Origin: Mytilus trossulus
Taxonomy: Eukaryota
Length of the DNA: 64,000 bases
Reading direction: 5' to 3'
Assembly (NCBI RefSeq): GCF_036588685.1
Contig: NC_086373.1
Location: 100,688,001 to 100,752,000 of the forward strand
Shown here: positions 50,416 to 61,021 of the stretch, piece by piece
How positions within the stretch are numbered: position 1 is the first letter of the stretch
How the letters are laid out: every line of letters begins with the position of its first letter
Translations under genes and position numbers: made by a program
The notes under the pieces: model-generated
Databases searched by the model: none
What the model was told of the DNA's origin: nothing
What the model saw: the letters and a program-made list of their open reading frames with translations, nothing else

Positions 50416-52161
50416 TCAAATCATGTTCTCTTGCCAATCTACGGCGCCTGCTTCCGAGTTGAAGTAATTTTTAAGATAGTTCCTTTGATCAATTCCAGCA
50501 GCGTTACCAAAATTTCTCTGATACCCTGGGTCTCCGTCGGTAAGTTGCGCACCTTGTCGCCATTGTCCCTCTATTAAAATATGATTGTTGTCTTCTTCGT
50601 CAGCAAACAGTTGTAGATCAGCACGTTTCCTTATCCGAAGTAAGTTATGAAGAGTAGTACAAGACAGTACGATTAAATCTACTGTTTCTGGCAGTTGTTG
50701 CATAGTTCCAATCAAAATCTGAAATCTCATGGCAAGAATGCCAAAAGCATTCTCCACAATTCTACGTGCACGGGACAACCTATAGTTAAAGATGCGCTCA
50801 TCGTGGTCTAAACGTTTTCTTGAATAGGGTTTCATCATCCATGATCGGAGAGGAAATGCGTCATCGCCAATAAGAAAATAAGGAATATCTGTTTCACCAT
50901 TTGGAAGAGGGGAGGGAGGCGGAAGATCCAAAGTTCCATCTTCTAACATTGGTCGTAGCTCCGAGTCCCTAAATATCTGGCTATCAGATGCACTTCCGTA
51001 TGAGCCCACACTCAGCCAAATAAACTTATAATCTGCATCAACTAGAGCCATCATCACTGTAGAGAAGAAATGTTTGTAGTTAAAAAATAACGACCCCGAG
51101 TTAGGCGGTTTTCTTATTCTGATGTGCTTCCCATCCAAAGCACCACAAGCGTGTGGGAGGTTCCATATTCTTTCAAAGTCAGATGCTATACGCATCCAAT
51201 CTTCCGTCGTAATCTCATCCGGCATGACTTCATCTTTGTATGCTAAGTAAATTGCTTCGCAGACTTTAGGCACAAAGAGTGATATGGAGTTCCGGGCAAC
51301 ACGAAAGGCATACATAAGATCAGCATACGTGGAACCGGTAGCCAAATGTCTGAGTGTAACGGCTAACTTCAGTCCTGGTTCAAGTGGTTCCCTGTAACGA
51401 GAAATATTTATCTAAACTTACAATGCAATTAAAAGAATATTTTTTGTCGCATAAAAGGTAAACTGGAAATGTGTCATACATTAGAATAACAAAAGACAAG
51501 ACAGTTTAATATACCCACTTCCATATGAATACGAACGTTATTTGGGGCGTTACTAACACGTACTTTGTTCACTTTGTATTAAATTGAATTATTTAGAAGC
51601 AAAGTGCTTAAGGAATTTTTTTTAAAAGATTGTTTTGCTGACCTTTTTACTTAGATATGAATTTCTGAAAAAACAGTTAGTATGGTTTTCTAAACTGACT
51701 ATATCATGCGGAAAATCCAAGCCTCGTCCTTCGGCACCGTCGGATATTCATATGATAAAGTCAGCATACAAAATAAAACTAACTATTATTCTTAATGTAC
51801 ATTTCTGTTTTATTTTGCTTGAAAATTGAAGTACTTACCTGAAAGAGGTAGAGCTTTTTCTGATTGCAGGGGTAATTCTGTCAAGTATCTCCCCAAACAA
51901 GTCGGCATCAACTCTTAAAAAGTTTCTGTAACCAGACGCATCTTCCCGGTTAAGCTCATGCAGGAGTTGGTCATATTGTCCAAACAAAGTTCTTCTGATG
52001 AGCCATGGCCTGCACCAAAATCTACATTGAGTCCGCCTCCTCCTCCTCCTAAAACAAAGAGGAAACAGTTGTTGATTTTCTTCCTCTGCCCTCTGTGCCA
52101 GTGGAAGAAGAAGTCGAAGGAAGTTATGGAAGAGTAATAATTTATTTCTCTCGTAAGACAT
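50416..52161 (-). CDS. Harbinger DDE transposase (HARBI1-like nuclease family, 432 aa)
   Basis: Exons 52161-51839 and 51391-50416 join in frame (TSFR|EPLEPGLKLAVTLRHLATG); catalytic motifs GALDGKHI, IGDDAF, VENAFGIL. Confidence 0.93.
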
Positions 52162-52817
52162 GTCTTGTTACTCCGAATGTTTACATGGATAATAAATGAG
52201 ACTGTATGGCCTACTATCTATATGAGTGCATGTATTTCCCATTGCAAAAAAAATAAACATTCGTAAAACACTCGTAACTCAATCGCAAATGTTCGTGGGC
52301 TATCGTAAACTATTCGTTAACCAATCGTAAAAACTTGGATCAGATCGTTACCATTCGTATTGTGCTCGCAAAACACTCGTATGCATTCGTTAATTGCTCG
52401 TATCTATTCGCAATGAATCGTCTACTGTTATCGTAAAAGCATCGCATTCATTCTTAGTAAATCGTAAAGCACTCGCAAATCACTCGTAAAAGTGGTTTAT
52501 TCGCAAAAGATTCGTTAAAGTTTAACGAATCTTGTAAATTTTGGTGATTCGTTAGCATTCGTAAGAAACATTCGTGTATGTGAAGGGGGTATTAACAACT
52601 TTAATGTAGCACGTGATCATGTTTACGTTTCATTATAGTCTATAAATTCTGTGTATTGCACGATATCTATATCGGAATCAATTGATATTCTTAATATTAA
52701 ATAACAGTTATTCATTAATTTTGTTGAAAAAGGATTAAATATGTATTAAAATGTTGTTGAATTATTTTCATTTATTGATGAATGTCTTTCGTTTCAGTTT
52801 GGTTAGAGATTAATGCT

Positions 52818-55800
52818 ATGGCTGAAAGGTAAACACAGTTTTTTCAGAAAAAATATATATGAGTTGATTGAAATATAGATTAATGATGTTCAGGTCTTTT
52901 TTTCTGATATAATACCTATGCTATAAAACAATATTCCAAACTATTCCAGTATATAGTCGACCTGAGACTGAGTCATTAAACTACACTGCCACTGGCACTG
53001 GCTACACAACAGAGTACAAATTTTACACACAATAATAATTTTTATCTATGTGATCATCTGTGAACAAGTCCAGAACAACCCATACCTAGGAGTGCAGATA
53101 TCAGAAGACCTGAAGTGGAACATAACAAACGTTGCAAAAAAGGCCAGTTCAACCCTTGGCTTCCTCAGAAAGAACTTAAGCTACTGCCCGCAGGAATGTA
53201 AGAAAACCGCTAACATTTCCTGAGTTAGATCAACAATGGAATATGCAGCAACAGTATGGGACCCCTACAGTATAGTAGATTCAAACAAGCTAGAGCAAAT
53301 ACAATGACAAGCAGGACGCTTTATAACAGGCGACTACAAAACAAGAGAAGATGGCTGCGTAACAGACATGCTCGCCAAACTGCAACTTCAACAACTAAAA
53401 GCCAGACACACTAGCCAAAAACTTGTAATTTTGTACAAGGTGGTTGAGGGATTAGTAACTGCTATCGATCCAGACGACTTTTTAAAATCAGCCAGACCAA
53501 GACAAACCATCACAGTGAAAAAGTTTGAAAATTACAAGGCAACAAACATACAATGTAGTTGAAAAACAAGTGAGGAACAATACTAGGAGGTGCTTTGACA
53601 TTCCCACCAGTAAAACTCAACAATACTCAAACTCATTCTTTGTGACTACAGTTATGAACTGGAACCATCTCAAGGATACTATTTTGTGGGAAACTGGCTC
53701 TCACTAGATGTCAGTCAATCAATGGCACCTTCAACTCGTTGTATTAAAACCAGAATTTGTAGCTACAATGTATCATACATAGTACAGGTACAGATCTTAC
53801 AGCATTAATATTACATCATAATTATTTGGATTAAAATTATACCTAAAAGTAAGATTCTGTGTCAGGATTGATGTTCTAATTTGACTGTTCTATAAGAGTA
53901 TTTTTACCACCAAGATGCTGATTCCACCCCATTCCTCTCATTGGAGCCATTAAGTAGAGATAATCTCCTGGATTTGTTGATACTCAAAATGTAGAGGATA
54001 GTTTTGTTTAGTAAGACATATACACACAATTATTTAAGACCAAATTCTGGTTTGAAATATATTTACAATGTAATATGTTTGAATGATATACGAGATAAAA
54101 ATCATGACTGCATGATTTGTTTCAAGGTATGAACATGATGAAACAGCACTATTGTTGTACTTAAATAATGAACATTCAAGTTTATTCCATTATGAGTAGT
54201 CATTTCTCTGCAGTAAGTTCTAGATGGTTTACCGTTTTAATGTACATGTATATGTTTTTAAAATAGTAGTGAAACAAGCGATGAAGGAGGAAGTTGGTGG
54301 GGAGGATGGATACAAGCAGCAAAAGAGACGTCCATGTATGGGATACAGGCAGCAAAAGAGAAGTCTATGTATGGGATACAGGCAGCAAAAGAGAAGTCTA
54401 TGTCTGCCTACGAAATGATCAAGAAAGATTTGGAGGAGTTTTCCAATACAATGTCAAATGACACTGGTGAAGCTGTGGCTAAAACAAGTGAATCTCTACG
54501 AGAAACCTTGAAGGTAAATTATCACATAGCACACCTGTTTTATAGAGACATTTGTTATATAACCTCATGATTTCCTGTGGTAATTGTTCAAGCTTGGTTA
54601 TACATAGTAATATATAAATCGACTTTATTACTGTGAATTAACGTATTTTAATGGGTACATGTACCAACTTTTGTGGATGGAGAAAAAATAGTATATTTTG
54701 TTTTTCCTAAGTTTGTGTGTACGTTTTTCACAAATTTGTTTGAACATTTGAATTTATTATTTGCCTTCCACCATGAAATTTAAGAAAATATGTTTCTTAT
54801 ACATACCATAATGAACATGATGAATCCCAATCTAATTAAAAAACGATCTCTCATTGCTCCTGTTTTCTGATAATATCGCGTGGGGGATCTAACGAAACCC
54901 GCTTTGAGGTCACATGTGAGTGACCTCGTAGGTGTGTCTTTTTCGACCAATGAAATTGAGTCTTCCACAATCTTGAAAGTTTATCATAAGGTAAAGGGAT
55001 GTAACTCATTTTATATACAACGAAATCGTCCGTCAAAATAATTCATAAACTTTTTTGATTGGCATATTAATAGGTCGTCAACTCATTTGCATATCATTAT
55101 AAATTCATAACTTCTAGCTCACTCCCATATGACCTCAAAGTAGGTTTCGTTAGATCTTTGACACGACATATCAGAATTCGGGAGCGATGAGAGATCGGTT
55201 TTTAATTAGATTGGATGAATCCACAGTAATCTTGACACCTTATCACCATGATCACCTATTAGAGCAAAAGGCAAGAAAACAGGGGAAAAAAACAACACAT
55301 GGCATTATAGTAGCCGAATATTTACTCAGATAATAGTATGTTTTTAATGTAGTGAAAATATTCTTAACTCTAGAGGTCACAACATAGTCCAGTCAATCTA
55401 GCATAAATTTGACCATTACCTGAAAGCAATTGCAACAGAAGATTTTAAAGTTTTAATCTTTAGCATTTTACCCCAAATATACACAGAAAAAACTCCCAGA
55501 AAATCTTACTTGAGGAAAAATAAAAAAATCATGATTTAAAATTCCTTTGGAGATTTGAAAAGGGAGATACATAGCTCTGCAAAAAAAGCAGAAATATCAA
55601 TAAAAATTGATACAAAAAAATTAAAATTATTACTTATATACCGCTTCTATTCAACAAAATATATTGATTCTTGATATTTAAACCGTCTTTAGAGTATAAC
55701 AAACAAAGCTAAAGGTGTTTTCATATCTTTTACCAAGCAACGATCTAGATTTCGTAATTCATTAGTTGACCATTTATTGAATTTTCCACATGTCAAGGTA

Positions 55801-58800
55801 AAGAATCTCAAATTAAATAAAAATAATTATGCATATATATTCTTCTATTTGTGGTTTTAAGTTCCTTTTAACCAGGTAGATGCTGAACAAATATAATATA
55901 CAGATATAAACAATACCAGATTTTCACATTTTTTTTTTAAAATGGTCACATAGCCACAAATTTGCAATTTCTTCAATGAAAAATGAACAAAATAATATAA
56001 AAATAACCATAACACTTCGGTTTTGTAAATTTCAAGAGCAGAAGATTATATAATATAGTCAAATACGAACTTAAAACCCCATCAAATTATCATACTTCAC
56101 ATTATTTTTAAGAAAATCAACCAAAAACAGACACAAAAAAAGACTAATTTGTGCGGAGTTATCTCCCCTTCCAATGTTAATTTCCGTAGGAAATTAAAAT
56201 GCTAATTTTGAGTTTTCCTCAAGTTAGATTCCATTGGACATTTTTCTGTGTATATTTACGGTTTAATGCTTTAGATTAGAACTTAAACATTTTCTGTTGC
56301 AATTAGTTTGAGGTTAAAACTTAATTTGACTTAACTAACAGCTACAAAACACAATTCATGAAGGAATTTATAAAATATGCTTTTACGAACAGAACACCTT
56401 TACAGCTCCATAACTTGTTCTTCATGTTCTACCTGACATACATTTATTCAATAGTTTTCACTCAGAAATGTTACATGTATGATATACATGTATTGTATAC
56501 ATTTTCAATATTGAGAAGTACAATTCTTGTATTTTTTTTTCAATTTTAGACAGAAAATACTGAGGCTGCCAGAGACAAATTAAAGCAAGGATTGTCCTCA
56601 TTTTTGGATGGTTTGACCAAACTTTTAGTAGTAGAAGCTGAAGACAAAGATGTTCCTGTAGCAAGAAGAAATCCTACAGATCCAATATTTGACAGGGCTA
56701 AGGTATACAAATGATTAAAATACACTCACTTAATTGACATGTACAGGGTCAATAAGTTTACTTTTATTTATCCAGATTTTGAAAAGCTATCATGACTATG
56801 AATGTGTCCTACCTAACATGCCGAATGTCAGTATTTAATAAGTTATATAAAACGGTAATTTCTAATAGAAATGGATTGCAGTACATTTAATGATGAGAAA
56901 AAAATCCTTATTTTTGTCGAGCCTTCGACTTTAGTCGAAAAAGCGAGACATAGCGATCCTACTTTCCGTCGGCGTCGGCGGCGTCCACAAATATTCACTC
57001 TGTGGTTAAAGTTTTTAAAATTTTAATAACTTTCTTAAACTATACTGGATTTCTACCAAACTTGGACAGAAGCTTGTTTATGATCATAAGATAGTATCCA
57101 GAAGTGAATTTTGTAAAAATAAAATTCCATTTTTTCAGTATTTTACTTATAAATGGACTTAGTTTTTCTGCCGGTAAACATTACATTCACTCTGTGGTTA
57201 AAGTTTTTAAAATTTTAATAACTTTCTTAAACTATACTGGATTTCTACCAAACTTGGACAGAAGCTTGTTTATGATCATTAGATAGTATCCAGAAGTGAA
57301 TTTTGTAAAAATAAAATTCCATTTTTTCAGTATTTTACTTATAAATGGACTTAGTTTTTCTGCCGGTAAACATTACATTCACTCTGTGGTTAAAGTTTTT
57401 AAAATTTGAATAACTTTCGTAAACTATCCTGGGTTTGTACCAAACTTGGACAGAAGCTTGTTTATGATCATAAGATTGTATCCAGAAGTAAATTTTTAAA
57501 AGATAAATTTCCATTTTTTCCGTATTTTACTTATAAATGGACTTAGTTTTTCTGCCGGGAAACATTACATTCACTCTGTGGTTAAAGTTTTTGAAATTTT
57601 AATAACTTTCTTAAACTATACTTGATTTCTACCAAACTTGGACAGAAGCTTGTTTATGATAATAAGATAGTATCCAGAAGTAAATATTTTAAAAATAAAT
57701 TTCAATTTTTTCAGTATTTTACTTTTAAATGGACTTAGATTTTCTGCCAGGAAACAACACATGCACTTTGTAGTTAAAGTTTGAATTTTTTTAATAACTT
57801 TCTTCTTTCCTATACCATTTTGGATTTGTACCAAACTTGGACAGAAGCTTTTTTATGATCAAAAGCTAGTATCGAGAAGGAAATTTTGTTAAAATTTTGT
57901 ACCTGTGTATTTGTATTTTACTTATAAATGGACTTAGTTTTTCTTCCAGTTAACATTACATACAGTCTGCAGTTAAAGTTTTAAAACATTTATTACATTC
58001 ATTAACTATCTTGGATTTTTACCAAACCTGGACAGAAGCTTTTTACGATCAAAAGATAGTATCAACAGGAATAATTTTATTGATTTTTTTCCTCATTTTT
58101 GTTGAGCCTGTGATTAACAGCAAAAGTAGGCGAGACATTGGGTTCCGCGGAACCCTTACGAATTTTTTATTGTTTTCTTGTTTGTTTCAGGGAAGACTAC
58201 ATGTTATACATGTATATTCTGGTACTTATTGTAATGATCCTTCTGGTTCCTTGTTTGTTTCAGGGAAGACTTTATGCTATACAAGTAAATCCTGGTACCT
58301 ATTGTAATGATTTTACTGGTTTCTTGTATGTTTCAGGCTAGACTTTATGCAATACAAGTAGATCCTGGTACCTACATGTATTGTAATGATCATACTGGTT
58401 CCTTGTTTGTTTCAGGCTAGACTTTATGCTATACAAGTAGATCCTGGTACCTATTGTAATGATCTTTCTGGTTCCTTGTTTGTTTCAGGCTAGACTTTAT
58501 GCTATACAAGTAGATCCTGGTACTTATTGTGATGATCTTTCTGGTTTCTTGTTTGTTTCAGGCTAGACTTTATGCAATACAAGTAGATCCTGGTACCTAT
58601 TGTAAGGATCTTACTGGTTCTTTGTTTGTTTCAGGCTAGACTTCATGCTATACAAGTAGATCCTGGTACCTATTGTAATAATCTTTCTGGTTCCTTGTTT
58701 GTTTCAGGCTAGACTTCATGCTATACAAGTAGATACTTGTACTTATTGTGATGATCTTTCTGTTCATGCTATACAAGTAGATACTGGTACTTATTGTAAT

Positions 58801-60872
58801 GATCTTACTGGTTCTTTGTTTGTTTCAGGCTAGACTACATGCTATACAAGTAGATCCTGGGACCTATTGTAATGATCTTACTGGTTCTTTGTTTGTTTCA
58901 GGCTAGACTTCATGCTATACAAGTAGATCCTGGTACCTATTGTAATAATCTTTCTGGTTCCTTGTTTGTTTCAGGCTAGACTTCATGCTATACAAGTAGA
59001 TACTTGTACTTATTGTGATGATCTTTCTGTTCATGCTATACAAGTAGATACTGGTACTTATTGTAATGATCTTACTGGTTCTTTGTTTGTTTCAGGCTAG
59101 ACTACATGCTATACAAGTAGATCCTGGGACCTATTGTAATGATCTTACTGGTTCTTTGTTTGTTTCAGGCTAGACTTCATGCTATACAAGTAGATACTGG
59201 TACTTATTGTTATGATCTTACTGGTTCCTTGTTTGTTTCAGGCTAGACTTCATGCTATACAAGTAGATCCTGGTACCTATTGTAATGATCTTACTGGTTC
59301 TTTGTTTGTTTCAGGCTAGACTTCATGCTATACAAGTAGATCCTGGTACCTATTGTAATGATCTTTCTGGTTTCTTGTTTGTTTCAGACTAGACTTCATG
59401 TTAAACATGTATATTCTGGTACTTATTGTAATGATCTTACTGGTTCCTTGTTTGTTTCAGGCTAGACTTCATGTTATACAAGTAGATCCTGGTACCTATT
59501 GTAATGATCTTACTGGTTCCTTGTTTGTTTCAGGCTAAACTTCATGCAATACAAGTAGATCCTGGTACTTATTGTAATGATCTTACTGGTTTCGTGTTTG
59601 TTTTGGGCTAGACTTCATGCTATACAAGTAGATCCTGGTACCTATTGTAATGATCTTACTGGTTCCTTGTTTGTTTCAGGCTAGACTTCATGCTATACAA
59701 GTAGATCCTGGTACCTATTGTAATGATCTTTCTGGTTCCTTGTTTGTTTCAGGCTAGACTTCATGCAATACAAGTAGATCCTGGTACTTATTGTAATGAT
59801 CTTACTGGTTCCTTGTTTGTTTTGGGCTAGACTTCATGCAATACAAGTAGATCCTGGTACTTATTGTAATGATCTTACTGGTTCCTTGTATGTTTCAGGC
59901 TAGAATTCATGCTATACAAGAAGATCCTGGTACTTATTGTAATGATCTTTCTGGGTCCTTGTTTGTTTCAGGCTAGACTTTATGCTATACAAGTAGATCC
60001 TGGTACTTATTGTTATGATCTTACTGGTTCCTTGTTTGTTTCAGGCTAGACTTCATGCTATACAAGTAGATCCTGGTACTTATTGTAATAATCTTACTGG
60101 TTCTTTGTTTGTTTTAGGCTAGACCACATGCTATACAAGTAGATCCTGGTACTTATTGTAATGATCTTACTGGTTCTTTGTTTGTTTCAGGCTAGACTAC
60201 ATGCAATACAAGTAGATCCTGGTACTTATTGTGATGATCTTTCTTGTTTCTTGTTTTTTTCAGGCTAGATTACATGCCATACAAGTAGATCCTGGTACCT
60301 ATTGTAATGATCTTTCTGGTTCCTTGTTTGTTTCAGGCTAGACTTCATGCAATACAAGTAGATCCTGGTACCTATTGTAATGATCTTTCTGGTTTCTTGT
60401 TTGTTTCAGGCTAGACTTCATGCAATACAAGTAGATCCTGGTACCTATTGTAGTGATCTTTCTGGTTTCTTGTTTGTTTCAGGCTAGACTTCATGCAATA
60501 CAAGTAGATCCTGGTACCTATTGTAATGATCTTTCTGGTTCCTTGTTTGTTTCAGGCTAGACTTCATGCTATACAAGTAGATCCTGGTACCTATTGTAAT
60601 GATCTTACTGGTTCCTTGTTTGTTTCAGGCTAGACTTCATGCTATACAAGTAGATCCTGGTACTTATTGTAATGATCTTTCTGGTTCCTTGTTTGTTTCA
60701 GGCTAGACTTCATGCTATACAAGTAGATCCTGGTACCTATTGTAATGATCCTTCTGGTTCTATAGATAAGTATAAAGAATGGTTGAAATCATTTAACATG
60801 GAAGTCAGGAAAGGAGAAGTATCAGAATTACTAGTATCACAAGTTGAAGTCAGAGGACTATATACCAGACTG
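52818..60872 (+). CDS. BSDC1: BSD domain-containing protein 1, first four coding exons; gene continues beyond the window
   Basis: Exons 52818-52828 (ATGGCTGAAAG|gt), 54267(or 54270)-54513, 56550-56702, 60702-60872. Translation MAESSETSDEGGSWWGGW...AKEKSMSAYEMIKKDLEEF...DKLKQGLSSFL...FDRAK|ARLHAIQVDPGTYCNDPSG...EWLKSF...KGEVSELLV...VRGLYTRL matches the BSDC1 pattern (ARLYSLQSDPATYCNEP in vertebrates). Confidence 0.92.
53060..53795 (+). pseudogene. Decayed 3' fragment of a LINE (RT C-terminal region) in BSDC1 intron 1
   Basis: PYLGVQISEDLKWN...KASSTLGFLRKNL...LVRSTMEYAATVWDPY...KLEQIQ* with stops and frameshifts; short-repeat tail acaggtacag. Confidence 0.8.
54308..54404 (+). repeat. In-frame 33-bp coding triplication (GIQAAKEKSMY x3) in BSDC1 exon 2
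   Basis: ggataca(a/g)gcagcaaaagaga(c/a)gtc(c/t)atgt repeated three times with a 33-nt period. Confidence 0.9.
54828..55213. mobile_element. MULE/Mutator-like MITE
   Basis: Long imperfect TIRs caatctaattaaaaa.cgatctctcat / atgagagatcggtttttaattagattg; 9-bp TSD GATGAATCC at 54819-54827 and 55214-55222. Confidence 0.88.
55425..56305. mobile_element. Old element with long inverted ends
   Basis: ttgcaacagaa...aaatatacacagaaaaa...acttgaggaaaa mirrored at 56213-56302. Confidence 0.6.
56911..58168 (+). mobile_element. Helentron-like HINE with an internal 192-bp tandem array
   Basis: 5' tttttgtcgagccttcgactttagtcgaa plus (ggc)n; unit starts at 56994, 57186, 57378, 57570; 3' hairpin gggttccgcggaaccc and a T-run. 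Confidence 0.8.
58178..60760 (+). repeat. 73-bp minisatellite (~36 units) made of the BSDC1 3' splice site plus the exon start
   Basis: Unit ttgtttgtttcag|gctagacttcatgctatacaagtagatcctggtac(c/t)tattgtaatgatctt(a/t)ctggttcc; the last unit is the real exon starting at 60702. Confidence 0.97.
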
Positions 60873-61021
60873 GTTAGTATTTCTATAGATTATATAATTA
60901 TATGGTCATATAAAATATAAAGGATTTTTGAATACTTGTGGGTTTAATCTTGACGAAAAACTTACAGAAATTTATTTAATTTGACAGTTCACATACATTT
61001 TAGGCACTGTAACTTAACTTA

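Larger units (their letters stand above)
47105..52591. mobile_element. Full-length, apparently autonomous PIF/Harbinger DNA transposon (~5.5 kb)
   Basis: TIRs tacccccttcacatacacgaatgt / acattcgtgtatgtgaagggggta; TAA left and TTA right flank; subterminal tcgtaa/tcgcaa arrays; convergent MADF and DDE genes. Confidence 0.93.

Noticed and set aside
50416-52161. Domesticated host HARBI1 gene
   Set aside because: It is enclosed by TIRs and subterminal repeats together with a MADF partner, so it is a transposon copy; no gene symbol assigned.
58178-60760. CRISPR-like array or long coding repeat
   Set aside because: There are no unique spacers, the context is eukaryotic, and the 73-nt period with recurring stops prevents a continuous ORF.
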